A stretch of 64,000 nucleotides of DNA from Candidatus Spongiisociaceae bacterium (GTDB lineage Bacteria; Actinomycetota; Acidimicrobiia; Spongiisociales; Spongiisociaceae). Made by a program: the position numbers and the translations under genes. The notes beneath the pieces were generated by a model, which was not told the DNA's origin, searched no databases, and worked only from the letters and a program-made list of their open reading frames with translations. The stretch's first letter is position 1. Every line of letters starts with the position of its first letter. This document shows, piece after piece, positions 28,934 to 40,501 of the stretch. Location: NCBI GenBank assembly GCA_965202665.1, contig OZ241841.1, forward strand, positions 1,952,001-2,016,000, given 5' to 3'.

Positions 28934-29558
28934 CTTCGGCCGGGGGCGGCGGGCGCTGTGGCGGCTCAGTTGGCCGGCGGCGCGGGCGGCGGCGGCGGCG
29001 GCGCCGTTGACGGTGGAGCGGCGGGGGCCCATTCCCCGGGGGGCGATGGTGGCGGCCGTCAATCATTTTTCCTTTCTGGATCCGCTGATGGCGGGGCTGG
29101 CCCTGCGTCGTCCGGTGCGATTTTTGGCTTTGGATGAACTGTGGGGGCAAAGCCGTTTGCTGGACGGCGCCCTGGCTTCCTTCGGGGCCATTCCCCTGCC
29201 CCGCGAGAACCGCGTTCCGTTGCGGGCTTTGCGGGCCGCGATCGGTCATCTGCGCGAGGGCGGGGCGGCGGGGGTGTTTCCCGAAGGGCGGCGAACGGCG
29301 GCGTGGGGGGAATCCCCTTTCCGTCCGGGGGCGGCTTGGCTGGCGTTGCGCACCGGGGCCCCGGTAGTTCCGGTTGCGTTGTGGGGAACCCAAAATGTCA
29401 TGCCCCTTTCCGGGTGGGTGCGACGGGGGCCGGTGCGGGCGGTAGTTTGTCCGGCGGTTCATCCCGCCCATTACCTGGATCATCCACAACCGCGCTCCGC
29501 CCTCACCGAGGCGGTGCGGGCGGCCATAGAGGCCGAGCTTCGCCGCTTCTCCGGCTGA
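28917..29558 (+). CDS. Lysophospholipid acyltransferase (PlsC family)
   Basis: NHFSFLD and VFPEGRR motifs. Confidence 0.88.
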   Translation: MAPIPSFGRGRRALWRLSWPAARAAAAAAPLTVERRGPIPRGAMVAAVNHFSFLDPLMAGLALRRPVRFLALDELWGQSRLLDGALASFGAIPLPRENRVPLRALRAAIGHLREGGAAGVFPEGRRTAAWGESPFRPGAAWLALRTGAPVVPVALWGTQNVMPLSGWVRRGPVRAVVCPAVHPAHYLDHPQPRSALTEAVRAAIEAELRRFSG

Positions 29559-29619
29559 CGGAGGACGCGCCCGGCGGCGGTTGGTTTTGGCGGGCGGTTG
29601 GGTTATGATGGAGCATTCC

Positions 29620-29692
29620 GCCGGGGTAGCTCAGTCGGCAGAGCGGCTCACTCGTAATGAGCAGGTCAGGGGTTCGATTCCCCTCCTCGGCT
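29620..29692 (+). tRNA. tRNA-Thr (anticodon CGT)
   Basis: GCCGGGG/CCTCGGC acceptor stem, GCTCA-CTCGTAA-TGAGC anticodon arm, GGTTCGATTCC T arm; TATGAT upstream. Confidence 0.97.
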
Positions 29693-29840
29693 CCCAGACC
29701 GAGCCGGCAAGGCGCGGTCGTGCAAACCAACCCGATCGGGATATCGGCAGTTGAACGCGGTATCTTTGCTGAAAGCGGTCATCGGTTTGGGTCAAGTCAC
29801 GGTGGCCCGAGCGGCAACGGGAAAGGAGACGGAGAGCCTA

Positions 29841-30422
29841 ATGGCGGACAGGGAAAACTTCGAGCGGGACGCGTTTCCCTACGCGCACGCCCTTTATTCC
29901 TACGCCCTGCGCATGGCGTCCAGCCCACAGGACGCCGAAGACTTGGTGCAGGAGACGTTCCTGAAGGCCTACCGCTCCTATGACCAGTTCACCGAGGGCA
30001 CCAACCTGCGGGCCTGGCTGTACCGCATCCTCACCAACACCTATTTTAAGCAGTACCGCCAACGTCAGACCCGGCCCCGGGAACTGCAACTGGACGGGGT
30101 GGATGATTTCTACCTGTTCCACAAAATGCTCCCGGCGGAGGTGGACGACCCCTCTTTAATTTCGGTGGAGGCTAAAGTGGTGGAGTCAATGTTGGCCGAA
30201 GATGTGCGCCGGGCCATAGATCGGCTCCCGGAGCAATATCGCGTGCCTATACTATTGGCGGACCTGGAGGGCTTCTCCTACAAGGAAATCGCCTCAATGT
30301 TGGAAATCCCGATAGGGACGGTCATGTCGCGGCTGTCCCGGGGACGAAAAGGGTTGCAGCAGGCGTTGTGGGAGGTAGCCGAAAAACAAGGGCTGGTGAC
30401 GGAGGGAAACGATGGCCCTTAA
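29841..30422 (+). CDS. sigH: ECF sigma factor, SigH/SigR-like
   Basis: [35 protein letters not shown]; adjacent zinc anti-sigma. Confidence 0.88.
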   Translation: MADRENFERDAFPYAHALYSYALRMASSPQDAEDLVQETFLKAYRSYDQFTEGTNLRAWLYRILTNTYFKQYRQRQTRPRELQLDGVDDFYLFHKMLPAEVDDPSLISVEAKVVESMLAEDVRRAIDRLPEQYRVPILLADLEGFSYKEIASMLEIPIGTVMSRLSRGRKGLQQALWEVAEKQGLVTEGNDGP

Positions 30423-30639
30423 CAAGCGTTGCGCGCATGTAGCCGCGCTGGTAGAAAGATATATCGACGGTGAGTTGCGCCGGTTGCGTCGGACGCAGGT
30501 GCGCCTCCATCTCCGCAACTGCCCCTTTTGCGAGAAGGCCATGCAATTCCAAAGGAACCTGCGTGTTTCCATCCGGCGCAAAGTACATCTGAACGCCCCT
30601 CCCGAATTGTTAGAACGCATCCGCCGCACCCTCAGCTGA
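30412..30639 (+). CDS. Zinc-binding anti-sigma factor (RsrA/RshA-like)
   Basis: N-terminal Cys, [14 protein letters not shown] (HxxxCxxC). Confidence 0.85.
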   Translation: MALNKRCAHVAALVERYIDGELRRLRRTQVRLHLRNCPFCEKAMQFQRNLRVSIRRKVHLNAPPELLERIRRTLS

Positions 30640-30663
30640 CTCTCCCTCCTCATTACCCAACCC

Positions 30664-31605
30664 ATGGCCCCCCTCCCACCGGCCCAACCGCTGGACGGAC
30701 TGCGGAGGCGGGTGGCCGCCTCCGCCACCAGCCCCTTCGGGCATGTGGACTATCCCCTGTCTGACACGTTGCGTTACCGGGGCGATCCGGGAATGTGCGG
30801 TCCCGGGTCTGTTTCCTGGAAGGTGATTGGCGACGTCGCCGCTTTCGCGGGCGGCATCCGGGCGTTGCTGGTCCAGTCCGCCCATCCGGAGGTGGCGGCG
30901 GGCGTGGCCCAGCATTCCCGGTATCAGGATGATCCGCTGGGCCGTCTGTCCCGCACCTCCGCCTATGTGACCGCTACCACTTTCGGGGCCCGCCCGGAGG
31001 CGGAGGCGGCCGTGCAACGGGTGCGGGACGCCCACCGGACGGTGCGGGGGATTTCCCACCGGGGACTGCCTTACGCGGCCGACGACCCCCCACTTTTGGC
31101 CTGGGTGCACAATGTGCTCACCGAGTCGTTTTTGGCCGCCAACCAGTTGTACGGGAGGGCGCCGCTCACCGCCGCCGAGGAGGACCGGTTCGTATCCGAG
31201 CAGGCCGTCATCGGGCGGCGGATGGGGGCCGACCCGGCGCCCGACCGGGCCGGTCGGTTGCGCCGATGGGTGGCTCGTCATCCCGACTTGGGCCCTTCGC
31301 CGGGGATGCGGCAGGCTTTGGATTTCCTGGCCGACCCGCCGTTGCCGCCGGCGCAGAAGGCCGGTTACCGGTTGCTTTACATGGGGGCGGCGGCTTCCCT
31401 GCCCGCGGAGATCCGCCGGGTGCTGGGGGTGCGGACCCGTCCGGGCGGGGTTTTCCTGGGCCGCCGGGCGGTTTCGTTTTTGCGGTGGGCGCTCGGGTCT
31501 TCCCCATCCTGGAATCTGGCTTTGCTCCGCACCGGTTCCCCAGTGCCCGCCGGCCTTTTCCGGCAACCGCTCCCCGAATCCTCTGCCTCAGGCGAAGGCC
31601 TTTGA
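30664..31605 (+). CDS. Oxygenase MpaB family (DUF2236) protein
   Basis: GIRALLVQSAHPEVAAGVAQHS, RLSRT, LLAWVH. Confidence 0.85.
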   Translation: MAPLPPAQPLDGLRRRVAASATSPFGHVDYPLSDTLRYRGDPGMCGPGSVSWKVIGDVAAFAGGIRALLVQSAHPEVAAGVAQHSRYQDDPLGRLSRTSAYVTATTFGARPEAEAAVQRVRDAHRTVRGISHRGLPYAADDPPLLAWVHNVLTESFLAANQLYGRAPLTAAEEDRFVSEQAVIGRRMGADPAPDRAGRLRRWVARHPDLGPSPGMRQALDFLADPPLPPAQKAGYRLLYMGAAASLPAEIRRVLGVRTRPGGVFLGRRAVSFLRWALGSSPSWNLALLRTGSPVPAGLFRQPLPESSASGEGL

Positions 31606-31615
31606 TCTCCAGAGC

Positions 31616-31700
31616 CGAAAAGAACGAACCCCGCGGCCGCGGGGTTCGTTGGCCCCGGGATATTGACACTCCCGGGGGTGGCATTTTGTTGTAACAACAG
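31616..31700 (-). ncRNA. Candidate small RNA A1 (~80 nt), NYN-associated
   Basis: Minus-strand TTGACA (31736-31731), 19 nt, TGc-TATACT (31711-31706); hairpin with 9-nt loop; 28-bp palindromic terminator (31623-31650) followed by CUUUU. Confidence 0.65.
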
Positions 31701-31851
31701 AAGTCAGTATAGCACAGGCTGGAGGCGATCTGTCAAATCGGTTCGCGGCGCGGTTCAAGAATTTGGAATTCTCGCGGGCGGGCCCGGGGCGGAGCCGTTC
31801 CGCCCTTGCTCCCCCTGGGGCTGCAGGTGTGAATATTCCTTCGGCTCGGTT

Positions 31852-31937
31852 CGAAAAAGAACGAACCCCGCGGCCGCGGGGTTCGTTGGGCCCGGGATAT
31901 TGACACTCCCGGGGGTGGCTTTGTGTTGCAACAACAG
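31852..31937 (-). ncRNA. Candidate small RNA A2 (~80 nt), NYN-associated; repeat of A1
   Basis: Minus-strand TTGACA (31972-31967), 18 nt, TATATT (31948-31943); same hairpin; identical terminator palindrome (31860-31887) followed by CUUUUU. Confidence 0.65.
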
Positions 31938-31976
31938 CGGTAAATATAACTTGGGGGTGGGGCTATTGTCAAGCCG

Positions 31977-32597
31977 ATGACGCAAAGATCGCAACGGGTG
32001 GCCGTCTATGTGGACGGTCTCAACCTTCACAACGGGTTGCTTAAGTCAGGGCTCCCCAGGTGGCTTGATCCGGTTGCGTTAGGCCGGGAGGTATTGCAGT
32101 CCGGCCAGAGGCTGGTCGGGGTGCGATATTTCACTTCACTGTTGGTCAAGAGCAGGCGTGGACGGCATCAACAGGATCTATACCTGCAAGCTTTGGAGGC
32201 GCAGGGTGCGGAAATTGTGCTGGGGCGGTTTTATGTTTACCCGGTGCGATGCCCCCGGTGCGGGCGAGAGCGGATGGAAGCGGAGGAGAAGCAAACCGAT
32301 GTCAACATAGCGGTGCGGTTGCTGGCCGACGCCCATCAGGATCTGTATGACCGGGCGGTTCTGGTTTCGGCGGACAGCGACCTGTTGCCGCCGATGTTGG
32401 AAATTCCGCGCTTGTTTCCCGGCAAAAAGGCAGTGGTGGGGTTTCCGCCCGGGTTAATGTCTAAGGAGTTACGCCATAAAGTTTCAAACTTCCGGTTGAG
32501 CGCCGCTCACATCCGGCGGTCGCTGGCTCCCTCTCCCGTGGTCACGTCGGCGGGGCGTAAGATCGTCGCTCCGCGGGGATGGTTGCCGGGAAAGTAG
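31977..32597 (+). CDS. NYN domain (LabA/DUF88, PIN-like) putative ribonuclease with CxxC insert
   Basis: VYVDGLNL, EEKQTDVNIA, VSADSDL acidic motifs; RCPRC; TATTGT 7 nt before the ATG (leaderless). Confidence 0.9.
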   Translation: MTQRSQRVAVYVDGLNLHNGLLKSGLPRWLDPVALGREVLQSGQRLVGVRYFTSLLVKSRRGRHQQDLYLQALEAQGAEIVLGRFYVYPVRCPRCGRERMEAEEKQTDVNIAVRLLADAHQDLYDRAVLVSADSDLLPPMLEIPRLFPGKKAVVGFPPGLMSKELRHKVSNFRLSAAHIRRSLAPSPVVTSAGRKIVAPRGWLPGK

Positions 32598-32648
32598 ACT
32601 GGGGCTTGGATCGGTACCGGAACGGACCGCAACCAGGGAGAAAAACTA

Positions 32649-33461
32649 ATGCGCATCGTCGTCGTGGGGCCCGGACGGGCCGGAGGATCGTTGGCGGCGG
32701 CGGCCGCGGCCGCCGGTCACCGGATAGCCGCCCTGGTAACCCGTCGCCCGGACGACCGGGAGGTGGCCCGCTGGTTGGGGGCCGAAACCCGCTTGATCGG
32801 AGAACCTTTGCCGGAGGCCGAACTGTTGGCGGTGGCGGTGCGCGATCAGGTCCTGTCCGAAGTGGCCGCCGCCTTGGCCCCGCAGGCGGGAAACTTTGCG
32901 GGGGCGGTTCATCTTTCCGGGCTGGCCCCGGTTGCGGTCCTGCAACCGTTGGCGGCGGCCGGGGCGGAAATCGGATCCTTTCACCCTTTGCAAACCTTGC
33001 CCGATTGGCGGAGGGGATCCCGTTCCCTGGCCGGGGCCTGCGCCGCCCTCACCGCTCCGCCCGGCCTGGCCGGGCTGTTGGAGGAACTGGCCGAATCGCT
33101 GGGGATGGCCTCCATCCGGCTGGCCGAAGAACAAAAGCCCCTCTATCACGCGGCGGCGGCCGCCGCCTCCAACTATGTGGTAACCGCCCTGCATGTTGCG
33201 CAAACCCTGTTCGCCGCCGCCGAAGTGGACTACCGGGTCGCCCGTCCGCTGGTGGAAACGGCGGTCGCCAACGTTTTTGAAGAAGGGGCGCGGGCCGCCC
33301 TGACCGGCCCCATCGCCCGGGGCGACTTGGAAACCGCGGCCGGCCAGGTGCGGGCGGTGGAGCGGGCCGTCCCCCACTTGGCCGGCGCCTTTCGGGATTT
33401 CGGACGGGCGGCTGCCGACTTGGCCGGGACTACCGGGCGGATGGCCGAGGTCCTGCGATGA
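32649..33461 (+). CDS. Rossmann-like + DUF2520 protein (PanG-like)
   Basis: VGPGRAG, HLSG, FHPLQT, YHAAA, LTGPIARGD; upstream of panC. Confidence 0.88.
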   Translation: MRIVVVGPGRAGGSLAAAAAAAGHRIAALVTRRPDDREVARWLGAETRLIGEPLPEAELLAVAVRDQVLSEVAAALAPQAGNFAGAVHLSGLAPVAVLQPLAAAGAEIGSFHPLQTLPDWRRGSRSLAGACAALTAPPGLAGLLEELAESLGMASIRLAEEQKPLYHAAAAAASNYVVTALHVAQTLFAAAEVDYRVARPLVETAVANVFEEGARAALTGPIARGDLETAAGQVRAVERAVPHLAGAFRDFGRAAADLAGTTGRMAEVLR

Positions 33462-34354
33462 AAGTGGTGAACACGTTGGCGCAGGCCCGCTCTTTGGCCC
33501 GGGGGCGGGTGGGGTTGGTCCCCACTATGGGGTTTTTCCACGAAGGCCATCTGTCGTTGATGAAACGGTCGGCCGCGGAATGCGATCAGACGGTGGTGAC
33601 ACTGTATGTGAACCCGTTGCAGTTCGAGGACGCCGACGACTTGGCCCGTTATCCGACCGACCGCGACCGGGACTTGGAGTTGGCGGAGGAGGCGGGGGCG
33701 GACATTACCGCGCTGTGTTCCACCGAGGATATGTTCCCCGTCCCGCCGCTGACCAAGGTGTCGGTGTCCGGTTTGGGAGATACTTTGGAAGGGGAACACC
33801 GGCCCGGCCATCTGACCGGGGTGGCCACAGTGGTGGCCAAGTTGTTCGCCGGAGTCCGGCCCGACCGTGCTTACTTCGGCCGCAAGGACGCCCAGCAGTT
33901 GGCGGTGGTGTCCCGTATGGCGCGGGATTTGGATTTCCCGGTTCGGGTGGCGGGATGCCCCCTGATCAGGGAGGCGGACGGGCTGGCCCTGTCCTCCCGC
34001 AACGTGTTCCTGGGGGAGGATCGTCCGGCCGCGTTGGGTTTGTGGCGGGGACTGTCGGCGGCCGCCGACGCGATGGAGGCCGGGGAGCGCAACCCCCGGC
34101 GGGCGGAAGATTTGGTGCGGGAGACGGTCCGCGGCTTGGAGTTGGAATACGCGGCGGCGGTGGACGCCGCAACCTTCCGGCCGGCGGACCGCTTGCAGGG
34201 GGAGGTGGTGTTGGCGGCGGCCGCCCGGGCGGGGCCGGTTCGGTTAATCGACAACATCCGGTTGGCGGTGAACGGGAGGGAGGCGACGGCCGACCGGGGG
34301 ACGGCCCTGACCGAACCCAGCATCCTGTACGAGGCCGGGAAGGGGGGCGGCTGA
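33458..34354 (+). CDS. panC: Pantoate--beta-alanine ligase
   Basis: VPTMGFFHEGH, VNPLQF, FGRKDAQQ, GLALSSRN. Confidence 0.95.
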   Translation: MKVVNTLAQARSLARGRVGLVPTMGFFHEGHLSLMKRSAAECDQTVVTLYVNPLQFEDADDLARYPTDRDRDLELAEEAGADITALCSTEDMFPVPPLTKVSVSGLGDTLEGEHRPGHLTGVATVVAKLFAGVRPDRAYFGRKDAQQLAVVSRMARDLDFPVRVAGCPLIREADGLALSSRNVFLGEDRPAALGLWRGLSAAADAMEAGERNPRRAEDLVRETVRGLELEYAAAVDAATFRPADRLQGEVVLAAAARAGPVRLIDNIRLAVNGREATADRGTALTEPSILYEAGKGGG

Positions 34355-35115
34355 TGTTGCTGGCGGTGGATGTGGGCAACACGCAGACCATGCTCGGCGT
34401 GTTGGACGGGGAGCGGATCGTGCGCAAGTGGCGCATTTCCAGCGGGCGGGATTACACCACCGACGAGTTCGTGATCATGTTGCGCGGCCTGTTGGAACCG
34501 GCCGGCTACCTTTCCGGCCACTTTGCGGGGGCGGCCATGTCGTCGGTGGTGCCCGCCGCGGCGGCCGCCCTGCCCGCCGCCTTGGAGGAGGTGACGGGCC
34601 GAGTCCCCCTGGTGGTGGGGCCGGGCGTTAAAACCGGCATGGCGATCCGCATCGACAGCCCGCGCGAGGTGGGAGCGGACAGGGTGGTCAACTCGGTGGC
34701 GGCCCGGGAACGTTACGGCTCGCCGGTGGTGGCTTTGGATTTCGGGACCGCTACCACCTTTGACGCGGTGGACGAGGCCGGCGACTACATCGGGGGGGTG
34801 ATCGCCCCCGGGTTGGAGGTGTCCATGGAGGCCCTGGTTTCCGCCACCTCCGCCCTGCGCCGGGTGGATCTGACCGAGCCCCGGTCGGTGATCGGCAAAG
34901 GGACGGTGGAGGCCATCCAAAGCGGGTTGCTGTACGGGTACGGGGGCTTGGTGGACGGCATCCTGGCCCGCATCGCCGCCGAGACCGGAACCGAACGGGT
35001 GGTGGCCACCGGCGGGCTGGCCCCGGTCATCGTCCCCCTGTGCCGGCGGGTGTCCGAAATTAACGATTCCCTAACCTTGGAGGGCCTGCGCCTCATCTGG
35101 GAGCGCAACCGGTGA
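34354..35115 (+). CDS. coaX: Type III pantothenate kinase
   Basis: DVGNT, VGADR, DFGTATT, ATGG. Confidence 0.95.
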   Translation: MLLAVDVGNTQTMLGVLDGERIVRKWRISSGRDYTTDEFVIMLRGLLEPAGYLSGHFAGAAMSSVVPAAAAALPAALEEVTGRVPLVVGPGVKTGMAIRIDSPREVGADRVVNSVAARERYGSPVVALDFGTATTFDAVDEAGDYIGGVIAPGLEVSMEALVSATSALRRVDLTEPRSVIGKGTVEAIQSGLLYGYGGLVDGILARIAAETGTERVVATGGLAPVIVPLCRRVSEINDSLTLEGLRLIWERNR

Positions 35116-35151
35116 CCGGCCGTCCTCCCGGGGTCGGTTAACCTGCGGACT

Positions 35152-36702
35152 ATGAACGAGAATCAACCGCCCGCCCCGCCCGACTCCGGCGACGATTACC
35201 ACCCGGCGGACGGCGGCTTGGAAGACCATCCGCTGACCGCCGCCCGGTTGGAGAAACTGGAACGATTGCGGGAGGGGGGGATCGACCCCTATCCGGCTTA
35301 TGAGCCGCAACTTCACTCCCGCACCCACCACGCGGCCGCCCTGCGCGACCGGTTCGCCGATCTCCCCCCCGATTCGGCTACCGGCGAACGGGTGCGGGTG
35401 GCGGGCCGGTTGATGAACACCCGGTCGTTCGGCAAGTTGCTGTTCGGGGTCTGCCAGGACCATTCGGGGCGCATCCAGTTGTTCGTAGACGAGAGAAGGC
35501 TGGGCGCCGAGGGGTTCGCCGCCTTCCGGGAACTGGACCATGGGGACTGGGTGGGGGCCCGGGGGGAGGTGGTCACCACCCGCCGGGGGGAGTTGAGCGT
35601 CAAAGTGGAAGAGTTCGTCCTGTTGGCCAAAGCCTTGCGCCCCCTGCCGGAGAAGTGGCACGGCCTGCGGGACAAAGAACAGCGCTTCCGGCGCCGGGAG
35701 TTGGACTGGCTGGTAAACCCCCGGGCGCGGGAGATCGCCGTCGTCCGGTCGCGGGTGACGGCCGAGTTGCGCCGGGAGTTCGCCGAACGGGGGTTTATGG
35801 AAGTGGAAACCCCGGTGTTGCAGACCCAGCCGGGGGGGGCCCTGGCCCGTCCCTTCCGGACCCGTCACAATGCGCTGGACTTGGACATGTACCTGCGCAT
35901 CGCCACCGAAATTCACCTTAAACTGATGGTGGTGGGCGGATTTGAGAAAATATTCGAGTTGGGCCGGGTGTTCCGCAACGAGGGAATCGACGCCCGCCAC
36001 AACACCGAGTTCACCACCTTGGAGGCCTACCAGGCGCTGGCCGACTACCGGGATTTGATGACGTTGCTGGAGGAGATCATTCCGGCCGTGGCCGGCCGGG
36101 TGTCCGCCTCCCCCCTCGTTTTTCAGGGCCGTCCGGTGGATATGCGGGTTCCGTTCCGGAGGGTTCCGATGTTGGAGCTGGTGGGGGAGGCGCTGGGGGC
36201 CGAGATTGCGGCCGATACCGAACCGGCGGAGCTGGCGCGGCTGGCGGAACGGGCCGGGGTGGAAGTGAATCCCGAATGGGGTTTCGGGAAAATGGCGCAG
36301 GAAGTGTTCGACGAACGGGCGCAGCGCCATCTGTGGGATCCCACTTTTGTGACGGACCATCCGGTGGAGATTTCCCCCCTGGCCCGCCGCCACCGCCGCC
36401 AACCGGGGCTGGTGGAGCGGTTTGAGTTGTTCATCGGCGGGGAGGAGATCGCCGACTCTTTCACCGAGTTGAACGACCCTGTGGAGCAGCGCCGCCGCTT
36501 CGCCGCCCAGGCCCGGGCCCGGGAAGCGGGGGATGAGGAGGCGCATCCTTTCGACGAGGAGTTTCTGCGCGGGTTGGAGGCGGGCATGCCCCCCACCGGC
36601 GGGTTGGGGATAGGGGTGGATCGGTTGGTGATGCTGCTCACCGACCAACGCCATCTGCGGGAGGTTTTGCTCTTTCCGCATGTCCGTCCGCAGAACCGCT
36701 GA
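35152..36702 (+). CDS. lysS: Lysine--tRNA ligase (class II)
   Basis: EVETPVL, FRNEGID, GMPPTGGLGIGVDRL. Confidence 0.97.
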   Translation: MNENQPPAPPDSGDDYHPADGGLEDHPLTAARLEKLERLREGGIDPYPAYEPQLHSRTHHAAALRDRFADLPPDSATGERVRVAGRLMNTRSFGKLLFGVCQDHSGRIQLFVDERRLGAEGFAAFRELDHGDWVGARGEVVTTRRGELSVKVEEFVLLAKALRPLPEKWHGLRDKEQRFRRRELDWLVNPRAREIAVVRSRVTAELRREFAERGFMEVETPVLQTQPGGALARPFRTRHNALDLDMYLRIATEIHLKLMVVGGFEKIFELGRVFRNEGIDARHNTEFTTLEAYQALADYRDLMTLLEEIIPAVAGRVSASPLVFQGRPVDMRVPFRRVPMLELVGEALGAEIAADTEPAELARLAERAGVEVNPEWGFGKMAQEVFDERAQRHLWDPTFVTDHPVEISPLARRHRRQPGLVERFELFIGGEEIADSFTELNDPVEQRRRFAAQARAREAGDEEAHPFDEEFLRGLEAGMPPTGGLGIGVDRLVMLLTDQRHLREVLLFPHVRPQNR

Positions 36703-36721
36703 GACCGGGGCGAATCTGATC

Positions 36722-37717
36722 TTAGGGGCGGGCGGCGTCCACCCGGTCCACTAGGAATCCGCCGATGTCCGTCAGCACCCGGCGGGCCCCGATGTCGGGC
36801 AGGGCGGCCAAGGCGGAACGGACCGATCGCAATCGTTGCCCGCATTCGTCCAAGGTGCGGTCGATGTGCCCTCCCTCCCGCACCAGTCCGATCACCTCTT
36901 GCACCGTCTCCTCGGAGAAGGGGACGCCCTCCTTTAGCAAAGCGCCGATGCGGGGGCCGCTCCCGCCGCGCAGGGCGCGCAACACCGGCAGGGTGAACAC
37001 CCCCTGATGTATGTCGGAACCGGCCGGTTTGCCCAGTTCCTGTTCGGTGGCCACCAGATCCAGCGCGTCGTCGGTTATTTGGAACACCATGCCCAACTCC
37101 CACGCCGCGGCGGACGCCGCCTCCGCATATTCAGGGGGGGCGTCGGCCGCCATCGCCCCCAGCCGGGCGGAGGTGCGAATCAGGCTGGCGGTTTTGCCGC
37201 CGATCACCCGGTAGTAATCGTCGGGGCCGTGCTCCAAGTCGCCGGTCAGCCGCAGTTCCAAGGTTTGCCCCTCCACCAGTTCGGCGTAGGTGCGGGCCAG
37301 CAGCCGCACCGCCTCCTGGCCGAGGGTGGCGGCCGCCACCTCCGAGGCCCGGGCCATCAGGAAATCCCCGGCCAGTATGGCCACCGTGTTGCTCCAGTTG
37401 GCGTTCACCGAGGCCGCCCCCCGTCGCACCTGCGCCTCGTCGATCACATCATCGTGGTAGAGCGACCCGATGTGGATCAGCTCCACGGCCGCCCCGGCGT
37501 CGATCAGGCGGTGGTCGCGGGAAGGACCGAACTCTCCGGCCAGCTGGGCCAGAATGGGACGGAAACGTTTGCCGCCCGCCGCCAACAGATGCTGGGCGAT
37601 CTCGGTGAGAAACGGGTATTCGGAGGCGGAAGCGGTAAACAATCGTTCCTCCACCCGCGCCACCCGCTCCCACAGGCCGGGGAGGTCGATGAGTTCTTTC
37701 AGTTCCGGGGTTTCCAA
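36722..37717 (-). CDS. Polyprenyl diphosphate synthase
   Basis: GGKRFRP, LYHDDVID, KTA, FQITDD. Confidence 0.92.
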   Translation of the reverse strand: METPELKELIDLPGLWERVARVEERLFTASASEYPFLTEIAQHLLAAGGKRFRPILAQLAGEFGPSRDHRLIDAGAAVELIHIGSLYHDDVIDEAQVRRGAASVNANWSNTVAILAGDFLMARASEVAAATLGQEAVRLLARTYAELVEGQTLELRLTGDLEHGPDDYYRVIGGKTASLIRTSARLGAMAADAPPEYAEAASAAAWELGMVFQITDDALDLVATEQELGKPAGSDIHQGVFTLPVLRALRGGSGPRIGALLKEGVPFSEETVQEVIGLVREGGHIDRTLDECGQRLRSVRSALAALPDIGARRVLTDIGGFLVDRVDAARP

Positions 37718-37872
37718 TTTTGGCCCGTCCGTTCGCCGGTCTTGATCCTGCTATCGTAGTTTGCCGGCGGGTCCCGGCGCGCCGGGCGGGCCGTTTCCCG
37801 CTACTTTGTCCGTCGCCGCGGTTATAATGGAAGCAGCGCTGGATCCGACAAGTTGAAGCGGAGGTGATGATC

Positions 37873-40359
<2,487 letters not shown>

Positions 40360-40501
40360 ATTCGGCGCCGGGCGGCTTCGCCGGTTGGCATAGTTTCGGC
40401 GGGCGGGTAACCTGTTTGCGGTAAGAACAAACCCTGGGCTGTCAGATTTGAGCGAGAAGAAAAGGCCCCATCCAGGGGGGCTAGCCACTAGGAGGCTAAA
40501 A

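Noticed and set aside
29620-29750. tRNA-Thr as an integration site for an island
   Set aside because: No integrase and no duplicated tRNA 3' end seen in the window.
31661-31700. Plus-strand TTGACA in the hairpin loop as a -35 element
   Set aside because: No TANNNT at 16-19 nt in either copy; better read as the RNA loop.
31616-31975. Palindromic direct repeats as a CRISPR array
   Set aside because: Only two ~85-bp units with a 237-bp period, each with its own promoter and terminator; no cas genes in the window.
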